64,000 nucleotides of DNA from an uncultured Planctomycetales bacterium (GCA_964354795.1 CAYHBB010000003.1:5887-69886); one strand, 5' to 3'. Shown: positions 10,094 to 20,932, counted from the stretch's first letter. A program made the numbers and translations. The notes: a model not told the origin generated them from the letters alone.

Positions 10094-11266
10094 GTGAATA
10101 TCCTGATGGTGCATCCACACGAGGTTTATTCTTCTTTAGAGCCTTGGACAACGCGGGTTATAAATCTGGCGCGCGTTTTGGCAGCCGGTGGGCATGCTGT
10201 AAAAGTAATATATTTTCCGTTTTTATGGAATGCCAAGTTGAAAAGTTTTACAAGGGATGGTGTAGAGTTCCTTCCTTTTTCTAGAAGAACTGGGATATAT
10301 AATATTGCATTTAATTGCAATAAGTTTTCATCGATTGTCAAATGGGCGGATATTGTGCATTTCCAGAAATGTTTTCATTACGCGTCTTTGCCTGCGATAC
10401 TCAACGGTATGCTTAAGAATAAGCCATTGCATTACGACTGGGACGACTGGGAAGAGATGATCTATTATGAATCCGCAAGGCCGGCAATCAGGGGAGTAGG
10501 CTCATTCTTGAGGACGCTTGAAAAAAATATTCCTACTTTGGTAGACACTATTTCGGTTTCAAGTGAATGCCTGCGCGGATTATGCTTGGAGATGGGCCTT
10601 GACGAAGAGAGGGTCTTTACTGTCCCTGTGGGAGCGGATCTCGATAAGTTCAGTCCTTCAGTTTCAGGAGATAGAATAAGGAAGATGTATAACATTAATC
10701 GTCCCTTAGCCATGTATATTGGCCAGCTGCACGGTGGCCAATATGCCAGCCTTTTTATCCACGCGGCTAAAATCCTTATTGAAAAAGGCGTTGAGGCTGA
10801 TTTTATGATTGTTGGTGACGGTTCGAGGGGGTATGAATTGCGTAAACTTACGAGAATGCTTAAGCTTGACCGTAAGATCATCTTTACCGGGGCAGTTGAT
10901 ACAGATCTTATGCCGGAATATATCGCTAGCTCAGATGTGGCGGTGGCTTGTTTTGAGGATAACTTAGTCACACGTTGTAAAAGCCCGCTAAAGATCGCTG
11001 AATATCTGGCTTGTGGTAAGGCTATAGTTGCAAGCCGGGTAGGGGAAGTAGAGAAGATGGTTGGTGATGCGGGGATACTAGTTGATCCGGGGCAGAGCAA
11101 GCCGCTTGCTGAGGGAATATTGAGTTTATTAATCGATGATAGATTAAGAATAAAGCTTGGGGAAAAAGCGAGAACGAGGGCAGAAGAAGTATATAACTGG
11201 AAGAATTCTGCTAATACGCTTCTTAAGGCGTATGAGTTTGGTAGGAAACAAAAATCCAATGCCTAA
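10094..11266 (+). CDS. Glycosyltransferase family 4
   Basis: GT-B C-terminal motif KSPLKIAEYLACGKAIVASRVG. Confidence 0.9.
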   Translation: MNILMVHPHEVYSSLEPWTTRVINLARVLAAGGHAVKVIYFPFLWNAKLKSFTRDGVEFLPFSRRTGIYNIAFNCNKFSSIVKWADIVHFQKCFHYASLPAILNGMLKNKPLHYDWDDWEEMIYYESARPAIRGVGSFLRTLEKNIPTLVDTISVSSECLRGLCLEMGLDEERVFTVPVGADLDKFSPSVSGDRIRKMYNINRPLAMYIGQLHGGQYASLFIHAAKILIEKGVEADFMIVGDGSRGYELRKLTRMLKLDRKIIFTGAVDTDLMPEYIASSDVAVACFEDNLVTRCKSPLKIAEYLACGKAIVASRVGEVEKMVGDAGILVDPGQSKPLAEGILSLLIDDRLRIKLGEKARTRAEEVYNWKNSANTLLKAYEFGRKQKSNA

Positions 11267-11281
11267 CGAAATCAGAAAGCC

Positions 11282-12877
11282 ATGTTCATAAAAAAATCGC
11301 ATATAGCTATTTTGATTATTTTAGTTTTGTTTCTTGGAATCTCTAACCTTGTTTGGCTTTCGCTTAATCAGATGCCTCCCCTTGATGATGAGGGCTTTCA
11401 TATAGCAAGGTGTATAAAAATTCTAAACATAATAACTCATTCGCCATTCTTTGATTCTCCTAGAATAATTTTTGATAACAATTTGTACCCGCCTCTTTTT
11501 CATTTTGTTGCAGCTATTTGTGCTTTTATTTTTGGTAAGAGTATCGTAGTTTTGATCATGAGCAATCTTATTTTTGTTTCTCTGGCTTTTTTCTCGCTTT
11601 ACTTGATCGGTTTGAAACTAGGAGATGGAGGGATTGGCTTATTGGCCTCGTTTCTGTTATTGTTATATCCCATGTTTTTCTATTTGAGTCGTTGCTTTTT
11701 GCTGGAAATCGCGGTTTGCTCTATTGTAATAGCAAGCATAGCAGCTTTAATGTATTCTGAAGGATTTAGAAAGGTTATCCCTAGCGCTATATTTGGTTTC
11801 TTTCTGGGATTAGGGATGTTAACGAAACAGTATTATGTTGTATTTATTGCTGGTCCAGCTTTCTTTTTACTATTCGATTCCTTGTTAAAAGAAAGATCAA
11901 AAAAAAGGGTTTTTCTTAATTTTATCTTTGCTTTATCCCTTGGAGTTGCTATAGCTGCTTTGTGGTATGTTCCGAATTTCAGCAAAATGTTGCCGTTACT
12001 TATTTCTGCAGCAAGTGATTCAAGTTTGGCACCCTTAGATTTATTAGGTTTTTCGTTTAAAAACATATTATTTTATTTTAATTTAATATTTAACGGACAA
12101 ATATTATTGTTTTTCTTCCTAACATTTCTTTTTTCAGCTTTCATATTCTTTAGAAAAGTTGAGCGTAGATATTCTTTCTTGTTATTAAGCTGGATGATTA
12201 TCCCATATATTATTTTTACTTTATTTCGCAATAAGTATTATTACTACACTCAATCGTATCTGCCGGCGATAGCATTGATTACTGCGTACGGACTTTTGAA
12301 TATTCGAAGAGCTTTTTTTAGAAGAATCGTCATTTTGTTCGTTGTCTGTGCTGGCTTATTTCAGTTTATTGTCATCTCTTATTTTAATTTAAAACAAAAT
12401 AAGCTGACGCTTAGCTTGAGAAATCCTTACGTAAGAATTCTACCTATTAATTTGACTAGTATCCAGGCAAAGAAAGAATATTACCCTCAGTCAGAGAGGC
12501 AGGGTAGGGATGTTATGGGGAAGATTGCTGCGAAGATTAACCATAACTGCCCTGGCAAAATCGCCAAAATATTAATTATTGAGCATGATGCAAATTATCT
12601 TTTAAGGAGGGGGATAAAGATTAGGGATAACTTTGAGGTAGTAAATTATGGAGGGTTTAAAGGTTATTCGTATTTAGTCGGGTCTCGCTTTGATATTTTT
12701 GGTGTAAATTTTAGCAAAATGAAAATAATTGAAGATCAGCTTGATTTTATAATAAGCCCAGAGAAATTAGAAAACATAGATGTTTATTCTTCAAAAAAAG
12801 GAGATTATGCACTGTTTGACAGTTTTATAATGCGAGACGGAAGCGTAGTTTATCTATATATGGCGACAAAGAGTTGA
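11282..12877 (+). CDS. GT-C membrane glycosyltransferase (ArnT/PMT_2-like)
   Basis: First-loop DDEGFH, YPPLF, GMLTKQ, many TM segments. Confidence 0.8.
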   Translation: MFIKKSHIAILIILVLFLGISNLVWLSLNQMPPLDDEGFHIARCIKILNIITHSPFFDSPRIIFDNNLYPPLFHFVAAICAFIFGKSIVVLIMSNLIFVSLAFFSLYLIGLKLGDGGIGLLASFLLLLYPMFFYLSRCFLLEIAVCSIVIASIAALMYSEGFRKVIPSAIFGFFLGLGMLTKQYYVVFIAGPAFFLLFDSLLKERSKKRVFLNFIFALSLGVAIAALWYVPNFSKMLPLLISAASDSSLAPLDLLGFSFKNILFYFNLIFNGQILLFFFLTFLFSAFIFFRKVERRYSFLLLSWMIIPYIIFTLFRNKYYYYTQSYLPAIALITAYGLLNIRRAFFRRIVILFVVCAGLFQFIVISYFNLKQNKLTLSLRNPYVRILPINLTSIQAKKEYYPQSERQGRDVMGKIAAKINHNCPGKIAKILIIEHDANYLLRRGIKIRDNFEVVNYGGFKGYSYLVGSRFDIFGVNFSKMKIIEDQLDFIISPEKLENIDVYSSKKGDYALFDSFIMRDGSVVYLYMATKS

Positions 12878-13983
12878 ATATTATGAAAAAAGTAATTTTT
12901 ATAAGTCGTGAAGGATACAGGCTGCCAGGAGCAAGGGTGCGATGTTATAACTTTGCTAGAGAGCTTGCGAATCGTGGCGCTGATACAGGAGTTTTGTCTT
13001 TTTCCGATACATTAGGAGCTTTCGATGGCGAAAAAGAATCCAGCTTAAATTTAGGAAATAAGATTTATTATAATTTTAAAGCTTTTAAGATGTTGTTAAA
13101 AGATAAAAGCTTTATTTTTTATATCCAGCGGTTGAATTATCATTTTCTCGGACCATACCTAGCGCATGCTTTTCGAAGAAATAAGATTATTCTAGATCTT
13201 GATGATTGGGAGATGAGGGAAAATCCTCGCTATCATTTGGGAGTATATCCTACTTCAAAAGCGCATTATCTTACCAGGCGTCTTGCCAAGGAGAGTATCT
13301 TTTGTGTTGCTGCAAGCCATTTTCTGGAAAGTTTCTTACTGCAGTTTAATAAAATAGTATTTTACTTACCCTCTGCTGTGGATACCGGTTTATTTTCTCC
13401 GAATAAGGTGCTAAAAGCTAAAGAGAAAGTGGTTTTTTCTTGGATAGGTACGTTTCATAGACCAGAGTATATCGAGAATATTGCATTTGCTTTAGATTGT
13501 TTTAAAGTTTTGCGTAATCGTTATGCAAATATTTTCTTTGAGATTGTTGGAGATGGGATTTTTAAAAAAGATTTGGATAGGATAGTTTCTGGTTTTTACG
13601 ATGACCATATTGTTCTCAAAGGCTGGATTGAGCCAGATGCTATCCCCGAATACTTGGATGGTGTAGATGTCGGGCTTTTTCCGGTTTTGAGGAAAACAAA
13701 GTTTAACCTAGCTAAGAGCCCTACTAAGCTTTTTGAATATATGGCAATGGCAAAGCCAACGATTTCAAGCGCTATCGGAGAGCCTGTCTCCATAATAGCT
13801 CAAGAGGAGAATGGGTTATTGGCTCAAACCAAAGATGAATTTATTTTTCAGATGGAAAGGCTTGTTAAAGATGCTGCTTTGAGAGAGCGTCTTGGCAAAA
13901 ACGCTCGAAAAACTGTAGAAGACTTCTATTCTCTTAAGGTTTTGGGAAATAAATTAAGAGAAGCATTGCTTCAATACGCATGA
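12874..13983 (+). CDS. Glycosyltransferase family 4
   Basis: KSPTKLFEYMAMAKPTISSAIG; similar to 10094 ORF; ATG at 12883 may be the true start. Confidence 0.9.
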   Translation: MNIMKKVIFISREGYRLPGARVRCYNFARELANRGADTGVLSFSDTLGAFDGEKESSLNLGNKIYYNFKAFKMLLKDKSFIFYIQRLNYHFLGPYLAHAFRRNKIILDLDDWEMRENPRYHLGVYPTSKAHYLTRRLAKESIFCVAASHFLESFLLQFNKIVFYLPSAVDTGLFSPNKVLKAKEKVVFSWIGTFHRPEYIENIAFALDCFKVLRNRYANIFFEIVGDGIFKKDLDRIVSGFYDDHIVLKGWIEPDAIPEYLDGVDVGLFPVLRKTKFNLAKSPTKLFEYMAMAKPTISSAIGEPVSIIAQEENGLLAQTKDEFIFQMERLVKDAALRERLGKNARKTVEDFYSLKVLGNKLREALLQYA

Positions 13984-14846
13984 TTAGAATCTCAGTCGTT
14001 ATCCCTACATTTAACAGCGAAAAGTATATTGTCCCTTGCGTAGAGGCTATAAAAGCTCAAGAGCGCAAGGATATTGAGATCATTATTGTTGATAATGGTT
14101 CAAAAGACAATACTCTTGCTTTGATAGCCCGGAACTGTTCACAAGCTGTTTTGATCAAAAATAACTATAATTTAGGGGCATGTAAAGCGAGAAATCAGGG
14201 AATTGAGATTGCTTCTGGGGATTGGGTCTTGTCTTTAGATTGCGATTGTGAGCTCTCCAGCGATTTCTTTTCAGTTTTTGATGCCCTTTGCCCTGATTTA
14301 TCGGCAGATATCGGTTTGGTTCAGCCGAAGGTATTGCAACAAGATAGGAAAAAGATCTATTCCGCGGGAATATCGCTGTCATTCCTTAGGAGGTTTTATG
14401 ATATTGGTTACAATCAGCTCGATTGTGCTGAGTTTCAGATTCCTAGAAATGTTTTTGGAGCTTGTTCTGCCGCCTCGCTATTAAGAAGGCGGATGCTTAA
14501 TGAAGTTGTGGATGATTTTGGCTATTTTGATGAAAGATTCTTCTTTTTGGTAGAAGATGTAGATCTATCTTGGCGGGCGGGGAAGAAGGGATGGAAGACA
14601 TTATTCAGGCCAGAGCTGATTTGTTATCACTATGGCAATAGCTCCGGCCACCATAAGAAAACACGTCAGTTTTTGAGCTTTCGCAACCGTTTTTATACTA
14701 TAAAAAAGAATGAAGGGATGTTGAAATATTCTGGAAAGGCGCTGCCTCTATTGTGCTATGATTTTCCGCGTATGATTTATCTTTTTATGACCAATCCGTA
14801 TATGTTTATGGGAGACGCGAGATTATTACGAGAGGGTTTTAGATAA
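13980..14846 (+). CDS. Glycosyltransferase family 2
   Basis: SVVIPTFN, VDNGSKD, DCD, EDVDLSWR. Confidence 0.9.
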   Translation: MIRISVVIPTFNSEKYIVPCVEAIKAQERKDIEIIIVDNGSKDNTLALIARNCSQAVLIKNNYNLGACKARNQGIEIASGDWVLSLDCDCELSSDFFSVFDALCPDLSADIGLVQPKVLQQDRKKIYSAGISLSFLRRFYDIGYNQLDCAEFQIPRNVFGACSAASLLRRRMLNEVVDDFGYFDERFFFLVEDVDLSWRAGKKGWKTLFRPELICYHYGNSSGHHKKTRQFLSFRNRFYTIKKNEGMLKYSGKALPLLCYDFPRMIYLFMTNPYMFMGDARLLREGFR

Positions 14847-14847
14847 G

Positions 14848-16356
14848 ATGTTTAAGAGTGTTTCAGAGTTGATTTATAAACGACGCATATCAAGCACGCT
14901 AATTATTACTTTGGTACTTGTTGCATCATTTTTATTGCGCATCTATAAATTAGGGTCGCATGATCTTTGGTATGATGAAGTGTTTTCGGAATTTTTTTCT
15001 AGGGCCCCGCTAGATAACTGGAATGCCCCGTTATACTTGTCACTGCTTCATTTTTGGGTAAAAGTCTTCGGTGTTTCTGAGTTCAGTCTTAGATTTCCTT
15101 CAGTGCTGTTTAGTTTTTCAACAACAATGATCGTTTATTTAATCGGCAAAGAGCTTTTTAATAGAAAAACGGCAATATTAGCTACTTTACTCATTAGCCT
15201 ATCGTCATTTCATCTTTGGTATGCCCAGGAGGCGCGTGATTATAGTATGGTGTTATTCTTTGGCACATTATCTTCTTACTTTCTAATCCTAGCGAATAAA
15301 AAAAGTAGTTTTAAACTATGGTTATTATTTACATTGATTTCTTTGTGTGGCATATATACTAACTATTTTTATATTTTTTTAATTACGTCACAATTTCTTT
15401 ATGTTTTATACATTACAAGAGCACTTAATAATAAAGTATTTTTAGCTTTTGTATTTATTTTGGGATTATCCAGTTTTTATGCGCCGCGTTTTATATCTAA
15501 ATTTATTGAGGTTTCGAAGGGATTCTGGATATTTAAGCCGGATTTACAGTCTTTAAGTATTACCTTTCAGAATTATATGTTAGGTTATAGTGGAACGTTT
15601 TTTCTATATACACTTTCATCTGTTTTAATTTTGGGATTCTTCATCATGCTATTTATGATCATGCGAAAGAGAAAGGAGGTTATTCGGAGTGTTTCCTTTT
15701 GCGTATTTCTACTATTTATTCCTATAGGATTAGCTTTTCTGTTTTCTTGCTTATTTTTTTCAATATACTTAAATCGCGCCCTGCTACTATTTAGTCCGTA
15801 TTTTTATCTTTTAATATCCTGCCTTGTGATGGAATTACCCAAGAAAGCGTCGGTAGCTATGGCAAGTGTTTTAATTCTGATTTTTAGCTGTGGGGCCGCG
15901 CTATATTTTCACGATTATATGTATCCACCTTTGGAATATCACATGGGGGCGTATCTTAAGAAACCTGTTAAGCCAGTTATTAGTTTCTTGCGTAGCAACT
16001 ATATTGATCGTGACGATATCATTGCGTTTACTAATGAATCAGTTATGCCGGGAATCAATTTTTATAGTAATCAAGGGATCTGTATGTATTATTTATTCTC
16101 TTCTCAAGTCCTAGTCCTAGACTCGAGTTGGCATAGGCCAATAAAGGAATCTGTAAATTCTATACCGACGCATAAAATACTTAGCCTTAAATTTAAGAAA
16201 ATATGGGTTATTTGCTCGGATTGGTCAAGAAACGGGCAGTTGGATGAGAATTCAACTGCTGTAAAACAATGGCTTGATAGCAACCTAAAATTAATATCGA
16301 GCCGGGAACTTGATGGCTTATGGATTTATTGTTACGAAAGAAGGAGCACTTACTAG
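14848..16356 (+). CDS. GT-C membrane glycosyltransferase (GT39/PMT_2-like)
   Basis: LWYDE, PLY, SLRFPS, YAQEARDYS, multi-TM. Confidence 0.85.
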   Translation: MFKSVSELIYKRRISSTLIITLVLVASFLLRIYKLGSHDLWYDEVFSEFFSRAPLDNWNAPLYLSLLHFWVKVFGVSEFSLRFPSVLFSFSTTMIVYLIGKELFNRKTAILATLLISLSSFHLWYAQEARDYSMVLFFGTLSSYFLILANKKSSFKLWLLFTLISLCGIYTNYFYIFLITSQFLYVLYITRALNNKVFLAFVFILGLSSFYAPRFISKFIEVSKGFWIFKPDLQSLSITFQNYMLGYSGTFFLYTLSSVLILGFFIMLFMIMRKRKEVIRSVSFCVFLLFIPIGLAFLFSCLFFSIYLNRALLLFSPYFYLLISCLVMELPKKASVAMASVLILIFSCGAALYFHDYMYPPLEYHMGAYLKKPVKPVISFLRSNYIDRDDIIAFTNESVMPGINFYSNQGICMYYLFSSQVLVLDSSWHRPIKESVNSIPTHKILSLKFKKIWVICSDWSRNGQLDENSTAVKQWLDSNLKLISSRELDGLWIYCYERRSTY

Positions 16357-16368
16357 CGAATTTGACAG

Positions 16369-17496
16369 ATGAATAAGGAAGAAGAGCTGATTGTATCTTT
16401 ATTAAGAAGGGTTATTTCAGGCGAGAATGAGGGTTTCTGCGCTCAGGAGCATATTGAACGCATAAACTGGAATAGGTTTAAAGAATTAGTCTCGCACCAC
16501 GAGATACACCCGATATTATATCCTGTGGTGTTGGATTCCGCGTTTTTATTTCCTCCTGGTATGATTATTTTCTTAAAAGACAATTATTTCTATAATTTAA
16601 TTATTAACCAGAGGTTGTTAGGCGAATTTTCGTGTATATCTGAAGCTTTTAAGCAAGTCAAAATCGCAATAGTCCCCTTAAAAGGCGTAGCTTTTTTACA
16701 GGATATATATATGAATATTCCTTCGCGGCGGATGTCGGATATCGATTTACTGGTAGAAAAGAATAATCTGCCGCGCGCAAGAATAATTTTATCAGATTTA
16801 GGTTTCGTGGAACGTTTGGAAGGTCTTAGTCAAAACTATTGGTTAGAAAAACAATGCCACATCCCACTTTTGAAAAAGAATTCAGATAATGACATGATTG
16901 AACTGGATTTGCACTTTGGCCTTGATTTTAAGAGAGAGAAAGGGGAGATTTTGCCCCAGCTTTGGTCAAGGGCATGCAGCGGGACGCTGTCACCGGAGGA
17001 TTCGCTTTTCAGCCTGGCGCTTCATCAGCGCAGATTCGGAAAGGCGCTTTGCTTGAAGAATGTAGTTGACACCGGGCTAATCCTAAAAAAATACCAAAAT
17101 TCATTCGATTGGGATTATGTGATCAAGCAAGCGAAGTTAGGGCGGATGTGCTCAACGGTGTTTTTCTTGTTGGCGCAGGTAAAAAATATTTTTGATTCAG
17201 AAATAAACATGCCGAATTTAAACGTATTATGTTCAAGTCATCTTAAAAGAAAACTAATCTCGTCTTTTATTAAGAAAAATGTGTTTATCGATTCTTCTGC
17301 CAGAAAGGCAAATGAGCTGTATCTAAAAAGCCATTTTCTTCTGTATGATGATTTTTTTGAGCCCATAAAGTATATTTTAAATATTCCACAAGAGCAATTC
17401 GCCAAGTTTTATAAACTCAAGCCTTATAGCAAAGAAACTGTTTTTTTGTATAATAATAGAATATTGTATATATTATTTAGGTTAGTTTTAGGTTAG
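16369..17496 (+). CDS. Nucleotidyltransferase family protein (NTP_transf_5-like)
   Basis: PLKGVAF..RRMSDIDLLV..ELDLH motifs. Confidence 0.85.
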   Translation: MNKEEELIVSLLRRVISGENEGFCAQEHIERINWNRFKELVSHHEIHPILYPVVLDSAFLFPPGMIIFLKDNYFYNLIINQRLLGEFSCISEAFKQVKIAIVPLKGVAFLQDIYMNIPSRRMSDIDLLVEKNNLPRARIILSDLGFVERLEGLSQNYWLEKQCHIPLLKKNSDNDMIELDLHFGLDFKREKGEILPQLWSRACSGTLSPEDSLFSLALHQRRFGKALCLKNVVDTGLILKKYQNSFDWDYVIKQAKLGRMCSTVFFLLAQVKNIFDSEINMPNLNVLCSSHLKRKLISSFIKKNVFIDSSARKANELYLKSHFLLYDDFFEPIKYILNIPQEQFAKFYKLKPYSKETVFLYNNRILYILFRLVLG

Positions 17497-17526
17497 GATC
17501 TAGTAAAGACTGGGTTAATTACTAAA

Positions 17527-18306
17527 ATGAAAATTATCGTTTTAATGGCAGGAGAGGGTAGGCGTTTCGCAGGTTTTCAGAATATACCTAAACCTCTTGT
17601 AAAGCTTGGAAACGCCGAATTAATAAAATGGGCGGTCAATTCTTATAATTTTTTAGGATTAAGCGTTGACTGGTCGGATGTTTTTTTTATTACAAGAGAG
17701 GAATATATAAAAGATTTCTATATTGATCAAAAGTTAAAAGAGATGTTTTCACCCAAAGTTAATATTCGTTATGTCAAACAGACGACCCGTGGTCCTGCTG
17801 AGACTGCCATGTTGCTTGAAAAAGAAATACCTGCTGATGAGCAGGTAATAATCAGTGATTGCGATATGTTTTTTAATAGCCTGCCGTTATATATGGAAAT
17901 GATGAAAGTTAGAAATAATCCTTTAATCTGGGGGATATTGCCTTATGTGAAAAGAGATGATGACCAGAACAGCTGGAGTTATGCTCAGCTTGATAAGGAT
18001 AAAAAGTTAATTAAGGTTAATGAGAAGGATGAAAATATGTTTAAGGCAGGCTGTCCCGGCATTGTTGGCGCCTATGTTTTTAATCGGTGGAAATATTTCA
18101 CGAATGAAGCGAAGAAGATGATTGATGAAGATGATTTGAGCGGGGAAGAGCATAAAAAAGAATTCTATATGTCAAAAGTTTTTCAGCGTTTTATAAAGCA
18201 GGGGCGGACAGTAATCGGGGTAGATGTATATCCTGCATGGATCTTAGGTACGCCAGCGCAATTTGTCAGGTTCGAAAGCTTACTTAGGGGTGTAAAGGGA
18301 GAATGA
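17527..18306 (+). CDS. Sugar-phosphate nucleotidyltransferase (NTP_transferase-like)
   Basis: LMAGEGRRF..PKPL, TRGPAET, SDCD, EFY. Confidence 0.85.
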   Translation: MKIIVLMAGEGRRFAGFQNIPKPLVKLGNAELIKWAVNSYNFLGLSVDWSDVFFITREEYIKDFYIDQKLKEMFSPKVNIRYVKQTTRGPAETAMLLEKEIPADEQVIISDCDMFFNSLPLYMEMMKVRNNPLIWGILPYVKRDDDQNSWSYAQLDKDKKLIKVNEKDENMFKAGCPGIVGAYVFNRWKYFTNEAKKMIDEDDLSGEEHKKEFYMSKVFQRFIKQGRTVIGVDVYPAWILGTPAQFVRFESLLRGVKGE

Positions 18307-19559
18307 TGGATATAGATAAGTTTATATTTACGCAGGACTTTAATCCAGAGGATTATATAGTTGCAAGTTACTTTTTAGAGTCTACTGCAAATCTTAGCCT
18401 TTATGATATTTCAAGGCAGCTTGCTTTGGGGCAATCTATAGGGAATCCCGAGATAAGGTCTGTTTATGAAATAGAGGATCTTTTCCGGGATGTCTCAGTT
18501 AAGATTATGGCAGAATCTGGGGAGTTAAAAAGAGGGAATAAGGGTGAGGTTAAGTTCGCATTTCCTATTGCTAATCTTAATTTAAAAGAGGATGGGATTA
18601 ATCAATTATTATGTCATCTTATGGGAGGGCATCTTGATATTAATGCTATAAGCAAATGTTGGCTTTTTGATATAAAATTTCCCAAGAAATTCCTTGCTGT
18701 CTTTAAAGGGCCAAGGTTCGGGGTTACCGGAATACGCGAATTTATGAAAGTATATAATAAGCCTATTTTAGGGAGCATTATCAAGCCAAAAATCGGCTTA
18801 AATAAATATAAACTTTTGGATATTGTAAAGGAGCTAATTGATGGAGGGATAAATTTTATAAAGGAAGATGAGATTATGTCTAATCCTTCAATTTGTCCTT
18901 TAGAGGAAAGAGCTTCATATGTAATGAAGTATATTAATAATTCTTCCAGAAAGATTGTGTATGCTTTCTGCATAAATAGCGATTATCCTTACTTTATTGA
19001 TAGGGCAAAGAGAGTATATCAGATGGGAGGAAATTGTGTGCACTTAAATATCTGGTCAGGCCTTTCTGCATATAAATCTTTGAGAGATCTAGATTTGCCA
19101 ATAATGATATTCTTCCAGAAGAGCGGAAACATGATTTTCACCAACCCAAAGCACGATTTTCACATCAGTTGGAATGTTATATGTTATTTAGCTCGGCTTA
19201 TGGGAGTAGACTTTATGCATGTAGGGATGTGGGGAGGGTATTCTCATGATGAAGAATTTAGATTGCATGAGGCCATTAAAATACTTACTGATGTAAGTGA
19301 TGGTTTTAGGGGAACTTTGCCCTCGTTGTCTTGTGGTATGCATCCGGGGTTAGTCAATGCTATTTTAAACAGGTTTGGAATTAATGTGATGCTCAACGTG
19401 GGAGGCGCTATTCACGGTCATCCAAGCGGATCTAAGGCGGGTGCAGTCGCAATGAGACAGGCTATTGAATTATCGGTACAGAATAAATTTACTAAGGAAA
19501 ACATATATCAAGCTAAGGAATTAAGAGAAGCTATACAGAAATGGGGTTATATAGAATGA
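18303..19559 (+). CDS. RuBisCO-like protein (form IV)
   Basis: GPRFG, IIKPKIGL, GINFIKEDE, DFMHVG, SCGMH, GGAIHGHP; H294 and K334 equivalents appear absent. Confidence 0.9.
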   Translation: MMDIDKFIFTQDFNPEDYIVASYFLESTANLSLYDISRQLALGQSIGNPEIRSVYEIEDLFRDVSVKIMAESGELKRGNKGEVKFAFPIANLNLKEDGINQLLCHLMGGHLDINAISKCWLFDIKFPKKFLAVFKGPRFGVTGIREFMKVYNKPILGSIIKPKIGLNKYKLLDIVKELIDGGINFIKEDEIMSNPSICPLEERASYVMKYINNSSRKIVYAFCINSDYPYFIDRAKRVYQMGGNCVHLNIWSGLSAYKSLRDLDLPIMIFFQKSGNMIFTNPKHDFHISWNVICYLARLMGVDFMHVGMWGGYSHDEEFRLHEAIKILTDVSDGFRGTLPSLSCGMHPGLVNAILNRFGINVMLNVGGAIHGHPSGSKAGAVAMRQAIELSVQNKFTKENIYQAKELREAIQKWGYIE

Positions 19560-20278
19560 AAGTAATTATACCCTTGGCTGGCCCAGAGACAGAGGTGGAA
19601 AAAACATTTGGAGATTTTAAGAATTTAATTAATGTCTATGGCAAGCCTCTTATAAAATATGTTGCCGATAAAAGGCCGTATGATTTATCCAAAGCGGTAT
19701 TTATTTTAGTAGAGAAGACAAATAAAAAATATAACATTGCTTCAAGGTTAAAGAAATTGTTCGGTAATCGTATTGAAATATTTATTCTGGATAAAGTTAC
19801 CGAAGGCGCCCCTTGTTCAGTTTTGAAGTATCTCAAAGAGAGCGATACCAAGGGAGATATATTAATCGATTTAATCGATCAGCACCTTGATTTAGGGAGC
19901 GGTTTTATTAGTTTTATAAGGGATAACAGGCCTAAAGTAAAAGGAATAATTCCTACTTTTAAAAGCAAATATTGGAAATGGAGCTATGTGAAATTAGATA
20001 AGGGGGGTTTTGTAACGAAGGTTAAAGAAAAGGTAAACCCGCCGATATCTAAGGATGCTACTGTAGGGGTATATTATTTCTCGAGTGCTAAGGATTTTAT
20101 TGCGGCTACGGAGCAGATGATCGGTCTTAATAAAAGGGCAGAGTTTAATAACAAATTCTTCATTAGCTGTGTATACAACGAATTTCCACGGAAAACAGTT
20201 TTAGCTTATCCTGCAAACATAATATGTCCTCTGGGCTCAGTTGAGGGAATAAGAACCTTTTCGCAAGTAACATGGTAA
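19556..20278 (+). CDS. Second NTP_transferase-like protein (degenerate N-terminal motif)
   Basis: IPLAG, TEGAPCS, WSYV, KEK..IS..ATVGVYYF; ATG 19556 overlaps the RLP stop (ATGA). Confidence 0.8.
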   Translation: MKVIIPLAGPETEVEKTFGDFKNLINVYGKPLIKYVADKRPYDLSKAVFILVEKTNKKYNIASRLKKLFGNRIEIFILDKVTEGAPCSVLKYLKESDTKGDILIDLIDQHLDLGSGFISFIRDNRPKVKGIIPTFKSKYWKWSYVKLDKGGFVTKVKEKVNPPISKDATVGVYYFSSAKDFIAATEQMIGLNKRAEFNNKFFISCVYNEFPRKTVLAYPANIICPLGSVEGIRTFSQVTW

Positions 20279-20889
20279 TATTTTCGCATAGAGGTATAAG
20301 TTTCGGCAGTAAGGAAAACTCACTTGGCAACTTTAAGAATGCAATTAAAGAAGGGTTTTCTATTGAAGCGGACTTAAGGATAAAAGGTGCAAGGGTTATT
20401 CTTTCGCATAATGAGAGAGGGGAGAATATATTTGAATTTGAAGGTTTGATAGAGTTGGCATTGGAGTATCCGGATTTACTGTTTGCTCTTCATCTAAAGG
20501 AGGATTCAGAAGTATTAATAAATAGAGCCAGCCAAGCCATTAACGGAAAAAAGAATTGTTTTCTTTTTTGTACAGATTTCCCGCAGGAATCTTTTATTAG
20601 AAAGTTTTACAAAGAAATTGCTAAGGATAATTTAGCTTTGTATATTACAGAAAGAGAAATATGCCCTGATCTAGTTAATAAAGTGGATTATTTATGGCTG
20701 GATGAGACAAAGCAGGAGATTTATAGAGATTTAAGTCATTTTAAGAAGTTTAACAAAAAAATTATCTGCTGCTCGCCGGAATTATCTCTAAGATGTATTA
20801 ATGATAAAAAAAATGCTTCTTTCGAAAAAGTAGTTAAGGATCAGGGTCTTTTTGGTATCTGCACAGATTTTCCTGGAAAATTTAGATAA
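20272..20889 (+). CDS. Glycerophosphodiester phosphodiesterase/PI-PLC-like protein
   Basis: SHRG..EN, IEADLR, LSH, LHLK, SPEL, GICTD. Confidence 0.8.
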   Translation: MVIFSHRGISFGSKENSLGNFKNAIKEGFSIEADLRIKGARVILSHNERGENIFEFEGLIELALEYPDLLFALHLKEDSEVLINRASQAINGKKNCFLFCTDFPQESFIRKFYKEIAKDNLALYITEREICPDLVNKVDYLWLDETKQEIYRDLSHFKKFNKKIICCSPELSLRCINDKKNASFEKVVKDQGLFGICTDFPGKFR

Positions 20890-20932
20890 AAGTATGTGCC
20901 AAGGCAAATGAAGCCATAACTACCTAAAAAAT

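Noticed and set aside
10465-11259. Long antisense ORFs (this one, 24130-24675 and similar)
   Set aside because: Shadow frames of well-supported genes on the opposite strand.
18303-19559. True carboxylating RuBisCO / Calvin cycle
   Set aside because: H294 and K334 equivalents appear substituted; no small subunit, phosphoribulokinase or AMP-pathway genes nearby.
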